Shown here: positions 1-13,404 of the stretch, one piece after another
How the letters are laid out: every line of letters begins with the position of its first letter
How positions within the stretch are numbered: position 1 is the stretch's first letter
Origin: Octopus vulgaris
Taxonomy: Eukaryota
Assembly: GCA_951406725.2 (NCBI GenBank)
Contig: OX597836.1
Span: 47,864,001-47,928,000 of the forward strand
Reading direction: 5' to 3'
Length of the DNA stretch: 64,000 bases
Program-made: the position numbers and the translations under genes
The notes under the pieces: model-generated
Told to the model about the DNA's origin: nothing
What the model saw: only the letters and a program-made list of their open reading frames with translations
Databases searched by the model: none

Positions 1-299
1 TGCCACCGGCACAGGTGCCAGGCGAGGCTGGCAACAGCCACGATTGGTTGGTGCTTTTTACGTGCCACTGGCACAGAAGCCAGTCAAGGTGGCACTGGCA
101 CCGGCCACGTTCGGATGGTGCTTTTCAAGTGCCACCAGCACAGGGATCACAACTACAATTTCCATTGATTTTTGATGTACTAGACTCAATAGGTCTCCTC
201 AAGCACAGGGTATCTATAATATATGTGTGTGCGTATGTATTGTGAAGTAGGGGACATGATAGCCAGCCAAATAGTTAATTGTGTTATACAGAAAGGTGA

Positions 300-1345
300 C
301 ACGCCCAAAGAGTGGCATAGCAGTGTCATTGCAAACTGATAGAAGAGCAAAGGAAATGTTTTAGTAAGAGGAAATTATTGGATCAGGTAATGAAGGCCAA
401 GGAAGGAGTCATAACCCAATTGATCAGGAACAGAGTTAGTCTAGATGAAATGCTGTTTGACTTTGTGCCCCAAAATGGTTTCACAGATGCAATTTTCCTA
501 ATGAGGCAATACTCAGCTAAGAGTGAGCCACTCTGTCTCGCATTTGTTTGGTTGGGGAATGCTTTATAATTTAGTTGTTTCTAAGGAAACTAAGCGTAGG
601 TGAACGGCTTGTGAGGGCCGTACAAGCCATGTACAAAAGTGTTGTAAGTAAAGTGAAAGTAAATAATGAGTTTGAGGTAAATAATGAGTTTGAGTGTTGC
701 ATAACCAGCCCATTTAAGAGTCCCCGTCAATCATTGGACAATATACTGTGCTGAGAAGACCTGTTGAGTCAAGTGAAATCATTGTCAAGGCCAATGCCTG
801 TAAAAAGCACCATTTCAGCATGGTCGATGCTGGTGGCACATAAAAAGCACCATTCAAGTGTGGTCGATGCCAGTCCCACCTGTCTGGCCCCCATACCAGT
901 GGCACATAAAAAGCACCCACTACACTCTCAGAGTGGTCGGCATTACGAAAGGCATCAAGCTGTAGAAACCTTGCCAGATCAGATTGGAGCCTAGTCCAAC
1001 CCATGCCAGCATGGAAAGCAGACATTAAGAGGTGATGATAGGGTCCATCATGGTTGAGTCTTCAGCTCTCTCCAATTCATCATTGACCTACAAGCAACTC
1101 CTACATGTTCATGGTTTAGTTCTTACGGTTGGATCTATAGTGGAATTAAGGACAAAATTCCTGGCATGGAAGCAAAACATAGAATTCACTGTCCTCAAAG
1201 TAAAACGTAGGAAAGATGACAGGATCTTAGTGTCATCAAGGAAATGGCTTTACTTGATCTGCAGAAGAAGAATAGGTAGGAAATTTGCATGTACCCAGAG
1301 GTGAAATCTCAAGCAGGCTAACAGAGATACACTTGTATGCCATCA
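300..1345 (+). mobile_element. Degenerate RTE-clade LINE reverse-transcriptase fragment, interrupted by an RTE 3'UTR piece (~700-1040)
   Basis: DQVMK…LIRNRVSLDEM.F.FVP…TDAIFL.RQ…PL.LAFV and ELRTKFLAWKQNIE are RTE RT motifs; stops and frameshifts present. Confidence 0.75.
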
Positions 1346-2654
1346 TCATCATCATTTAACAGCCGCCTTCCACGCTGTCATGGGTTGGACAGTTTGATGA
1401 GAAGAGCTAAGTCAGAAGACTGCACCAACCTCTACCTTGGCATGGTTTCTATGGCTGGATGCCCTTCCTAATCCCAAATACTTTACACTGTGTACAGAGC
1501 ACTTGATGCCCTCAGCGGTGAAGTCACCAAGTAACTTGCAAGACAGGACCTCTCAACTGAGGCTGGGGAGTGGTATTGAGGGAGGGGGCTTTGTGCTAGT
1601 TGGTGAGAGGTTAGTGTATGAATAAAGGGACAGAAAGAGGTGTCATGCAGTGGAGAAGGTACATGGCTACCTCGGATATATATGCACATCCACACATACA
1701 TATATGCACATGTAGAGATCCTATCAGAAATGTCAAGCAGGGGGTGGGGCAGACACAAAGATACACACATATATATATATATGATGGTTTTTTTTCAGTT
1801 TCCGTCTGCCAGAACCACTCATAAGGCATTGGTTGATCTGGGGATATAATAGAAGACACTTGCGCAAGGTGTCCCACAGTAGGACTGAACCCAAAACCCT
1901 GTGGTTATGAAGCAAACTCCATACCACACAGCCATGCCTGTGCCTATAATAATTTGGCCCCAATCTAATTCAAACCCATAGCCTTCTGACCTGGCGTCAG
2001 ACATACAACTATTGCACCACTGAATAATTTTAGTTTTAATACTTCAGGCATGTCGATTGTTTATTTTTGTAATATTATTTGCTTTGAGTGACTGAACTAA
2101 TTTTAAAGACAAATTTTATTTCAAAATTTGATCTTTTTTGAAAGACGAGGGTTTCAAAAATTTTCATTTGACCAATCATGAAAAAAAAGCAACAACGATG
2201 AGAATGATGCTTTAAGTAAATGAGAAAAATCACAAACACATTGTTTTCTAATGCTAAAATCATTTGTTCACAATTCACTTCATTTGTTACCCACAGCACA
2301 CCCGCTCAGTATTTGTCCATATAATCTGATATGGATGTTGGCAGGGGAGTGGGATTAAAAATTCTTACTTTTTAAACAGCACCAACTTAACTGAAAAGAT
2401 GTAAAATAAGAGAAATGACTCCATATCTTTGGATACTGGAGATTTGATAATAGAAACAGAGGTAAAATAAGAATATTTAATATTTTTTAACAATCACAGA
2501 AAAACTGTATATTGGCAAATCTTAGCAGAGAATTTCTTGTTTGATATTGGCAGGAGAACTGTTGGAAATGTTGATTGTAAAAAGATGAAAAACATTTATC
2601 TTTTAATCACCAATAAACTTGGGAAAATTTTTTTTAAATGTTACTTTCATTAAA

Positions 2655-2995
2655 AAGGGTAAAGGATAAAGACCCCACTCCTTCTGTCATGGGATTGCAC
2701 CAAGAAAGTTCTCTAAGGCACAAGTCCAGGCAAGGTTATTTATGGAAGACCAGCAGTCACCCATGCATACTAGCCTCTCCCTCTCCAAGCTATTGATGTT
2801 ATCCAAAAGAAAGGCAAAGGCTGATACAGCTCGACACCAGTGACATTGCAACTCATTTCTACAGCTGAGTGACCTAGAGCAATGTGAAATAAAGTGTGTT
2901 GCTCAAGAACTCAACTCACAGCCCAGTCTGAGAATCAAACTCACTACCTTATGATTATGAGCCTGATACTCTAACCACTGAGTCATGTGCCTTCA
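2655..2995 (-). mobile_element. tRNA-derived SINE (family C)
   Basis: Similar copy at 11860-12190; minus-strand tRNA-like head; flanked by a 13-bp direct repeat ATG(T/C)TACTTTCAT. Confidence 0.75.
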
Positions 2996-2996
2996 T

Positions 2997-4573
2997 ATGC
3001 TACTTTCATATCACAAACCTATAATGGTAAATTTCAGGTAAAATAACTGAAAAAATTAGAAAATTTTCCTCAAAGCATGTTATTTTCGGTAGTACTGTTT
3101 TACAAGAAAATAAACTTAAAACAAAGTCATTTTCAGCAATTATTTTTAGTTTGTGTCCTAAATTGATCATATCAGAACTGGCTTCATGGTTTTTCCTGTT
3201 CTGATAAAGCTAAATAACAATTTTGAACATAAAAAATAAAAAATAATTGAATTGTTTTCAATGGCTGGAGGAACTGGTCTTACAATTTTTTCCAACCAGA
3301 TTAACATTATGGATTTCCAATGCTAATATCTGTATTGTCTTTGCCCTGAAACTCTGCTTGTACCTGGATTCAAAACCAAACATTTGATAAGTTGATAGAC
3401 AAGAGTCTCTTCTTGACTTGAAAATGACAAAAGCTTTTGTTGTTTTATGACCATACCAACATATCAAAGCCCTCTCTCCTTGGTAGGTACAGCATTTCAT
3501 GTGTCAATCACCAAGCACTCATATAAGAAGAGTGTTGTAAACATCGACATTTTCAACAAGTGTATGATAGATCAGTTCAACCATAAAGAAATTCTGTATG
3601 AAAAAGTTTGATTTCTTTGACTTATAAATTCAGGTTGCAGCAGCCTAAAAACATACCTCTTGTTTTATTTTATTTTAGATTGTTCAGGTTTGTGAATGGA
3701 AAGAGGAAATACAATCGAAGAAGGATGCTTCTCAGAGATCAATGATCCACTGAAAATCGCCAGCTTAGCAGCAGAATGGAGTAGGATTGGACTGTGAGTT
3801 TTTTTGGACCATGGGTAGGGAACGTGTACTTCAAAAGGTGGCAATGAATGCTAGAACTCATTATAAGTGGGTTCGTCAGCAGGATGCTGATAATTTGACT
3901 GTATAACGCATCTAATAATTTGGTTTTGTTAGATCATTGGCTGCAGACGGCCGAGTTAGCGGTAATGGGCTTCGACTTCGTACTGTCAGTATTTTGTTAA
4001 ATATGTAACTGGATCTCACTTTCCAAACGTGGAGCGAGAGAGGGAAAAGAGGACAAGGTTGACTCAAAACAAGGAAGTATTTTTTAAGGGCCACCTCGTA
4101 GAACACTCATAATGATAGACTGAGAGAAAAGGTCCGAGCCTCTCTGTGAAGTCGCTACTGAAATTTGCCCAGTCACTTAGTGAGAGTTTTAAGTGTGAGT
4201 GACCCCGTTTCTATTATTTAATATGAGAAATTATTCAATTTCTCCTCTTTTAAGTAATTTTCTCTTACTTAACGCTGGTCGATGAAACACTGAACGATAG
4301 ACCTCGGCATAAAAACAAAATCTCGTATTTTTAACTAAAAAAAAATCCCACTCAACTCAAAACTAAGCTGGCCGCAGCACAGCCGCAAAATAGAAATTCT
4401 TCCGCCGGCCGCCAAACAAACTAAAAATTATTGCCGAAAATTACTTTGTTTCAAGTTTATTTCTTTGTAAAACAGTAATACTAAAAAGAACATATTTCAT
4501 TGAAAATTTTCTAATTTTCTCAGTTATTTTACCTGAAATTTACAATTATAGGTTCGCGATATGAAAGTAGCAT
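2997..4573. mobile_element. Element bounded by ~155-bp inverted repeats (non-autonomous DNA transposon-like)
   Basis: 2997-3154 is the reverse complement of 4416-4573 with scattered mismatches. Confidence 0.6.
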
Positions 4574-4699
4574 TTTTTTTTTTATCTTCCTAAACAAAAA
4601 GTATTTGTCTGAGAAGATAAATAGGTGAAAGAAAAAAAATAAAACGAAACAAGTCGAATAATTAATCGCTACTTTCAATTATGTAGACTAGCTTTTAAG

Positions 4700-5070
4700 C
4701 ATCGAGATATTATTATTATTGTAGAGTGTGTAACGGAAACGACGGCATCCGACAGTGAAAGACGACAGCTCAGCAGCCGCGCCATTTATTATGCACATGT
4801 ACCACGTGACTCAAATAAACATGTCGACCATGTTGAACTGACCACTTTCGAATCATCGCCCAGTAATCATGTACGTACAATATAATAATCTTCACACCAC
4901 CATTTGCTTGTGTTTATTTTTCAATGGTATTTATTTCTCAACTTTAGCCATAAACGAATTAAAAGGCACGTGTTAATCTATATTACAGCCTGTGAGGGTT
5001 TACGTTGGCCGAGCTAGGATTCGAACTGTCAGCCCTTATCATGGAAGCTCCTTGGTCACCGGTTTCGGTT
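4700..5070. promoter_or_regulatory. Putative promoter region (CpG-retaining, unique sequence)
   Basis: CpGs are visibly more frequent than in the introns; gccgcgccattt (YY1-like, ~4776-4787), ccacgtgactca (E-box, ~4802-4813), B-box-like GTTCGAATCC on the minus strand (~5017-5027). Confidence 0.35.
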
Positions 5071-8000
5071 TTAGTTTAAAAAATAAAACACATCGTAATT
5101 AAAATTAATTATTTATGACTAAATTTTTGCGATGCCTATTCTTCATTTATTGTATCTCTCTTTGAACGTTTAATTCTCGTCCAATTTGTTACGTTCCAGT
5201 CGGGATGGATGTTGCTCCATTACACCAGTATGGACTTTCCTTCCTTCCCTCTCGCTCGGCATTTCTTTCTAAACTTTCTTCCTCCACGCCACAGCATTAT
5301 TTTCTTTTTACCATTTCATTTATTTCCTACGGTCGATGTAAATCATATTCTTGTAACATCATTCCACTTTTTCCCCCCTTCAACTCTTCCTTTTGCAATA
5401 TCCAGCCAGACCCTGTTTATTGTTCTTCTTCTTCACTTTGTAAATGGCAAATCCCCTCCCTTTTCCGTGCAACATTCACCATTTTAAGGGAGACGTTTCA
5501 CTGTTTGTCGAATGTAAAATTCCAGATATTTTCCTCTGCTCGTATCGCTCCTCATTAGTCAGTTATTGGCACCTGAGTGCTACTATTTGCTTCATTAGGA
5601 AAGCATTGATAACTTTGATGAGACGATGTGGACGAGCATCACATCACAGGATCCTTCACAAAACACCTCTTTTCTCGCCAATTAATTCAATTAACCGCAA
5701 TTAAAGCAATCAATTCTTAAGTTTTAAGCAATCAGTTCCTAATCCACTTTTAATAAAATTCATAATTATTCTTTGCTTCTTTAGTTTTACTTCTTTCGAT
5801 CTCAGAAATATTTTGAACTTCTTCAACAGAATATTTATTTATGTTGTATCAAAATAATTACATTTGATCGTTTCTATTGATTCCATCGGGTTTTTGCCTT
5901 TTCTGCTTTTTCAACAATATTTTCTATTTTGTTTTCATTATTATTATTATTATTTACAATCTCCTGGGAAGTGTTTATTATTCCTTATTACCATTTGCCG
6001 TGTATTTTCTCTCTTTCATTATCCACGCAACTTAGATTCTTTTTTCAGTTTGTTTATTTTTTAAAAACAAGGAACAAATAAATGATTAGATTCTCACCGA
6101 GGTTTATTAACCCCTAATTATTAAAAAAATATCAAATAAGCCAAGGCATTCCTGACCAGATCGCATCCTTGAAAACTTAGAAAATAAAAAAAAAAGAATA
6201 TTTTGTAAAATAATTGAAGACCTCATTGAGAGCACTTGACATGTTTTCCTGCTAAGAATATCTCATTTATAGGAATTAAGATTTTAGGAATCGATTGTAT
6301 ATAGTTCCATGAACGAAATTGGAAGTTTAGCAGTTATTTTCCTCTTCAGGAAGCGAATTCTCATAGAATTGGCTGGTGACTTCTCACACAAAGTACAGGT
6401 GTTATGTATATATATATATGTGTGTATATATTGGTGTCTACGGGTATTTCACTCGATTTTAAGATTTTCAGTTGTATTTAAATTTTGTTTCTTTCATCTC
6501 CCATTTTTACCTTTCAGGTGGTTTAGCCTCCTACTCCAATACTAAAATAGCTTACTTTAATAAATAAAAGTTACTTCTTTTCAAAATACACATTCCGTTT
6601 TGTCATTGGAGTTTATTTAGTTGGAGAAACCTAGGAGCTAGGATTTATAGAGACTACTTGTGAGGCATGTAAACTCGGAATTATAAGATAGATGCAGTGT
6701 GAAGTTATAAAGTGCTTAGGTTTTTCCAAAACATCATTAGAGACACATAAATAAAACAGGTCCAACGAGAAATGGACAATTCGTGGCACCATAACTAGTT
6801 TCGTCAAGAACTGAAGCACCGTTACTACCTTAAAGGTATCAACAACTGTTCGGATGTATTTCCTAATAAATGGTCTCTGAATTAATGTATTTAATGATTT
6901 TTAATTATAGAGAAGGTTTTTGTTTAGCAATGGTGTTATTAATTGAATTCGCCTTTGTGTAATAATGGCATTTATTTTATCGGAATCTGTCGGGATTTGA
7001 ACTTGAACTGAGAGCAATCATAATTTTTGCTGGTACGAAACGAAATTTTACGGCAGGAGTAATGACAGGAAGTTGTGTGTGAAATATAATTTTGCAATAA
7101 AAGTGAAAAATAGCTTTCCTTCTGTTAAAGTGATTCATGTTATTTTTATAAGGCTTTTAAAATTTACAGAAATTAAAGTGAAATAATGTCTTACGTAAAC
7201 ACAAAATCTTTTTATGAGAAAAAAAAAAAGAAGCTTATAGTTGATTTGATTATCTTATTAAGGTTTATTATCTTGGAAAACGAAGGTGTAAAATCAATCC
7301 TTATATTAGCATCGCATTAAAAATTATTCCCCACGTTGGTATGAGTTAGCCGGGTCTGCGAATCCTGCCTCGTCTGGATCCTGTACCATCCATTCTGTGA
7401 GGCTTCGTTACTTAAGTCTGGCATCATCCACCCCCTTTTTACGATGAAACTAGGGAGCCTCTACGTCGTTGCTCGACCTGCTAGAAATAACAACTGAATT
7501 TCCATAAAATCACATATCCTGGAACGACACATTGGACAATGTAGTTCCTGCTATGCAAAAGATGGGACGGTCATGGCGGGAATATCTTGAAATTAGCTCT
7601 GTTCGATCTGACTGATCTTGGGCCAAACAACATCGTTTTGTCTTTCCTCGGCTCCTAGTACTCGCCACTCTCAGTGCATGATGGTATTTTCATCCATCAT
7701 CCAGTAATAAACTCTTCTTCTATACCTGTTGGCCAATACCTTCAATTATTTGTGCAGCCCGTTTGTATCTGTATTTCATGCAAGTTAGCACATTTGATGG
7801 ATCTTCTCTACCATTTACATATAATATTCTATTTTCACTAAATATCGACACAAATCCAATTTAAGTGGGAACGGGGGCACACTGCTGACTGAAATATATC
7901 ATAGAGAAATGACAACAAAGCTCACCTTAGCAAGATTAGAAGCAAAGTTAGTGTTAGGAGATATTGTTTTAATAAGGATTTCTTAGACTGTCCTAAATTT

Positions 8001-8169
8001 GCAGTGAAAGAGTTAGTCTAATGATTTTTACTGTCCTACACTACTGCTTTAATTAATATCTCATTAGTATAAGGCAACCTTTTGGAGAGAGAGCATAGTG
8101 TTTTGAATCAATTCCAGTTCTTGATTGATCCTAGAAGAATTAGTCAACAACTAATTTGCTATTTCAAAC

Positions 8170-8990
8170 AGGTTAAATGGCTGCCACACAAGGATGTTAC
8201 GAATGGCCCTTAATGTAAAATGGCAGCAACATATGACAAATGAATGTCTTTATGGAGACCTGCTGGGTATCTTGCTTTGTTAAACCAAGACACTTTCACC
8301 CAATGTTCGCATCAAATCTGTACCTGTTCAGTGACCCCCCCCCCATCTAAACACATCAATTTGTAGTCCCTTATTCTTTGCTTTCCACACAGGAGGATAT
8401 TACACTTCTAATAGATCACACTTGGCCCATTTCTTTCCAGTCCCCACAGATCTTCCATTAATTAGGTTATTATCTAAGTTAATCTACAACTAGTGATCTG
8501 CCTGTATAGACGATTTTCTGCTCCTACCCCTAAACTATTCCAACTAGTTTGTGCATTGAAAGTCTTGGTTCAGTCTCAATGTGTATCAGTTGTCTACATA
8601 CCAAGCTTCCCAGATGGTTTGGAAATTCTGTGTTTAACTTTTTGTCCTGTTGGCTTCTCTGATCTGAAGATTGTTTTCCCAGGTTTAGCACTTTGCTACT
8701 CTTTCACAAGTTCTGCATAGTAACTAGATCATCGGCATTTAATAGTTCCCAGGAACATTGACTCTTCCTTAAATAGAAGAGTGCTGAGTGTAAAGCCCTG
8801 GTAAGCATTGCTGTTGACCCTAACATTGTTTACTGCACATATGTACTCAGTTTCAAAAGCTGTTTTTACCCTATCATTTGCTATGCCTTAATTTTCATAG
8901 CACTCACTAACATGGGACCTTATCAAAGACTTTCTCCAAACTGAGAAGTGCTAAGTAACCAAAGAACTTGTTTTGCATTTCACTAAAGAA
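8170..8990 (-). mobile_element. Degenerate RTE-like RT fragment
   Basis: Minus strand reads LEKVFDKVP and QGFTLSTLLF (DLEKAFD and QG..LSP RT motifs) with stops. Confidence 0.5.
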
Positions 8991-9599
8991 ATTGCATTTA
9001 TGATTCTACACCTTGGTACAGGTCCTGTGCTCCATCCAAACGAACTTTATGCTGTACAGAGTTCAAACAGTGAAATGGGTGTTGTGTTGTCATGTGGGAC
9101 AGAAGACTATCTTTATTAGCAGGTGGGCGGGTGGGCAATTCATCACAGAAATGCTGCAGTTTGCTCTTATCCAAAAAGTTGAAAAGCAATGAGAGAGATG
9201 AGATGTTTATTGGGGTTGCAGAAAAAATGAATTAGCAGTTAGAGACTAAGGAAACATTATTATAAGAATGACTAAGACCAGGGTGTGTGTGTGTGTGTGT
9301 GTATGTAGTGGGTGTAAGGTTAGAGGAGAGTGAGGTTAGAAATTTGGTTGGAAATGAGTCTAGCAGTAGTTGGGAGAGAAAGAAGATGGAGCTGCAGCAG
9401 ATTTGAAAAATATTGGTGGAGAAACATAAAGGCATACAAATACACAGAAATATACAGCTGCGCATACATATATATATACAAATACATGCAACACATACAT
9501 GTGTGTTGTATCTATTTACAAACAATTATACAATCACAGTTATTCAAACATACACATAAGTAGTCATGCAAGGTACATATATGTAAAGCCACATACTTG

Positions 9600-10560
9600 T
9601 GTGTCTCCCTCCATTTCTGCACCTCTGACACCTCTGTCTCCTTTCTTGACATTTCGGTCAGCATTCATCACTCCACTCTCACCACCTCCATCCACTACAA
9701 ACACACAGACTCACACTCATACCTCAACTTCTCCTCTCACCCCAAACACACCAAGCTTTCCATCCCCTGTTCCCAATTCCTCCGTCTACGCAGGCTCTGT
9801 AGTTACGACCATGACTTTGAGACTCAGTCTCAACTCATGGCTCACCACTTCATCCTACGTGGATATCCCCTCACCACTATCCACACCGCCCTTGCCAGAG
9901 CACGTTCCATGGACTGTGCATCTGCTCTCTCCCCCTGAACTCGCCCTGCAGTCTTCCACGCCTCTTTTCCTCTCACTTACCACCCTGCCTCTCCAAAGCA
10001 TTATTCTCCGAGCTTTCCGGCATCTCCAGTCCAACCTGTTCACTTCACACATTTTCCCTAACTGACCTCTCCCCTCCTTCAAACGAGCCCACAACCTACG
10101 AGACCTCTTGGTCCACAGCTTCTTCCCCAACCCTACCTCCCAACCTGGCTCGTTCCTCTGCTCCTGCCCACGCTGCTGCACTTGCCCTTACCTCTCCAAC
10201 ACCACCCTCCTCACAGGCACCCATCATCGACCCTATCGCATCACCGACTCCTTCACTTGCACCTCCACCAATATCATCTATTGCATCTCCTGCTCTCTCT
10301 GCCATTCTCTGTACATCGGACAAACGGGATGCCGCTTGGCTGACCGGTGTGCGGAACACCTCCGAGACATCCGCCTCAGCAATGACACCCTGGTCTCACA
10401 CCATTTCCGCTCTACCGGTTACTCTTTGTAACACCTGTCCATGTTCGGATTGTCCTTGCACAGAGGCCATCCTGACTCATGTTTGCGCCATGAACAGGGA
10501 TTAATCTTCTCTCTTCACTCCTTTACGCCATTTGGGCTCAACTCTCCTCCCCTTGCCTCT
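9600..10560 (+). mobile_element. Penelope-like retroelement 3' half (RT C-terminus and GIY-YIG endonuclease), frameshifted
   Basis: FLDISV…HYKHTDSHSYL…SIPCSQFLRLRRLCS and FTCTSTNIIYCISC..C..LYIGQT..RLADR..EH. Confidence 0.88.
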
Positions 10561-10730
10561 CTCCCCCTCCCTCCTACTTCCTCCCACCATGCTCTCCTCT
10601 CTTGTCCCGACTCCTACTTCTCTTCACCCCTACTCTCTTTCCCTCTTCTCTCTTACTCTCTCTCTTCTCTCTTACTCTCTCTCTTCTCTCTTACTCTCTT
10701 TCTCTCTTCTATATATATATATATATTTTA
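10560..10730. repeat. Pyrimidine-rich (CT)-type simple repeat followed by (TA)n
   Basis: ctcttactctctctcttct repeats seen directly. Confidence 0.85.
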
Positions 10731-11018
10731 AAATTTAAAAATAGGATAAAATCTTCATAAGAAATTATCAAGTAGTTAGCGTGAAAAACCTCATATGAGA
10801 AAAAATCTGTAAATTTTTTCACTTAAAAATATTTATATTATATATATATAGATATATATATATACACACACACACATATGTAAATGTTAAACAACAAGAA
10901 TGAGTGCTCAACATCGCATTAGTGGATAAAATTTCTTTATTTATGTATTAAGGCTACCATTGGTTTCATGTTGAGAAATATATCTTAATATCTTAACAAA
11001 ACATTTATATATATATAT

Positions 11019-11377
11019 TACGGAGATGTACTTGCATAGCAAGTGACCTTATCTGAGATCGCGTGCTAGAATGAAAACAATTGCAGTGTGGAAGGTGTTT
11101 ATAAGCCATTTAAAAACACAAAACCATTACATTCACTTCAACATTTAAATTTAATTTGCCAAAATATTTTCATCACTTTGAGACCATGACCTGTTGACAA
11201 AATTCCATGCTGCACGGAATTTTACCACTTTCAGCACGTAATTTTGTCAGTGAACAGGTCGCTGTCTCAGAGCGAAGAAAATATTTTGGCAAATAAAATT
11301 TAAATGTTGAAGTGAATCTAATGGTTTTTGTGTGTTTTTAAATGGATTATAAACACCTTCCATGCTGCAATTGTTTT
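11019..11377. mobile_element. Foldback MITE with ~135-150-bp inverted arms, between (TA)n tracts
   Basis: 11074-~11210 is the reverse complement of ~11240-11377. Confidence 0.8.
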
Positions 11378-11859
11378 ATATATATATATGTAAACGCAAG
11401 CATGACTATGGTTCACAATTCTTATTGTGTTACTCTGGAAAAATGTTTTCTATTACCTTGGGCTGGCCAATGCCATATGAGTGAAAGTGGTAAATGGAAG
11501 CTCTATAGAATATGTGTGTGTATATATATATATACTGCAACCTTTTTTAGGATGACTTTTGTCAACTGACACTAGCAAATAACTTTTTGGGGGCAACACT
11601 TCAAACAACTTTACACAACTTTTTATCAGAAAGATCTTTCGTCAAAGTAACTGTTCATAGAATAAATTTGTGAAATAATTGTCACAGTAGAATAATTTTT
11701 AATATAAAGTATTGCAGAGTTGACCAATTTTAAGCATTTTTTATTATAAAATGTAGAATTTCCATACAAACATTTAATCAAAGGAAAAGACATTGAGTCA
11801 ACTTCAAAATTTGTATAAGCTAATTGTTAGGAATTTTAAGTTCTGAAGGTAAGTATATG

Positions 11860-12190
11860 TAAAGGGTAAAGAGTCCTCTTGGTCATGAATGACCATAGGA
11901 TTGCACCTTGAAAGTTACCCTCTGAGGCACAAGTTTGGGCAAGGTTGTTTATGGAAGACCAGTGGTTACCTCCTCTCTCCATGCCACCAATGTTATCCAA
12001 GGGAAAGGCAAAAGCTAATACAGCTTGGCACCAGTGACATCACAACTCATTTCTACAGCTGAGTGAAGTGGAGCAATGTGAAATAAAGTGTCTTGCTCAA
12101 GAACACAACATGCAGCCCTATCCAGGAATCGAACTCACTACCTCATGATTGTGAGCCCAAAGCTCTAACCACTGAGCCATGCACCTTCAT
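11860..12190 (-). mobile_element. tRNA-derived SINE (family C)
   Basis: Paralogous to 2655-2995; minus-strand B-box gttcgattcc. Confidence 0.8.
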
Positions 12191-12541
12191 CAGGCATACG
12201 TAAGCAGGCGATATATTTGTGTGTGTATTGATACCTTGCTAGCTATTGTGTCATGCTCCACACTATGGAACGAAATTAAAGCCAAAGATTTCATTGCAAG
12301 TTGCTTTGAATTTACCACAGGCAACAATATAGAAGAAAGGGGCAGTGTGAGATCCATTTACCTGAATACAGGTGATACATCACTGATTACCAGCTGGAGC
12401 AACATTTAATGTTCCATTGCTGAACCAGTCACAAATCTGAGCAGACAAGTCTTGATTTCTTTGGGGTGCTAAGTTCAGAACAACCATTTTCATCTTCCTC
12501 TTACTGTACAGATTCTTTTCCTGGTTGTCACAGTTATATTT

Positions 12542-12860
12542 AGGCACAGGTGGTGGTTAAGAAGTTCAATTTGCAACCATGTGGGTTTGGGTTCAGTCCC
12601 AATGCATGGTACCTTTGGTAAGTGTCTCCTGCTGTAGCCCTGGACTGGCCAATACCTTGGCAGTAGAGTTGGTAGATGGAAACTGTGGAAGTGTATCGTG
12701 TGTTTGTGTTTCTCCTCTACTCCACCCACGACTTGACAACTGGTGTTAGTTTGTTTATGTCCCTGAAACTTATCAGTTTGGCAAAAGTGACCAATAGAAT
12801 AAGTACTGGGAGGTGGTGCTCCAGCATGACCAGACCAATGACTGAAACAAGTGAAATATG
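12542..12860 (+). mobile_element. tRNA-derived SINE (family A), diverged
   Basis: ggttcagtccc head, ctccagcatg…actgaaacaag tail. Confidence 0.75.
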
Positions 12861-13004
12861 AACGATGAAAGCTTGTAAACAAGACCCCCACCTTCTTCAT
12901 CTTAATGCTTCCATTGAATCCCCTGCATCATGGCTGTTTTAGGAGGGAAGACTTCCAACAGCTGCTGGGGGGAAGTTGGCTCTCACACTTTTGATGACAG
13001 TTGA

Positions 13005-13404
13005 TTCTTTTACTCTTTTACTTGTTTCAGTCATTTGACTGCGGCCATGCTGGAGCACCACCTTTAGTCGAGCAAATCGACCCCGGGACTTATTCTTTGT
13101 AAGCCCAGTACTTATTCTATCGGTCTCTTTTGCTGAACCGCTAAGTGACGGGGACATAAACACACCAGCATCGGTTGTCAAGCAATGCTAGGGGGACAAA
13201 CACAGACACACAAACACACACACATATATATATATACATATACGACAGGCTTCTTTCAGTTTCCACCTACCAAATCCACTCACAAGGCATTGGTCGGCCT
13301 GGAGCTATAGCAGAAGACACTTGCCCAAGATGCCACGCAGTGGGACTGAACCCGGAACCATGTGGTTGGTTAGCAAGCTACTTACCACACAGCCACTCCT
13401 GCGC
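13005..13404 (-). mobile_element. tRNA-derived SINE (family A), young full-length copy
   Basis: Nearly identical to 53200-53612 and 58473-58880; internal (TA)/(CA) tract; (GAGTAAAA)n tail. Confidence 0.88.

Noticed and set aside
3679-3793. Exon-like segment with good acceptor and donor sites
   Set aside because: Stops in all three frames and no recognisable product; it lies inside the inverted-repeat element.
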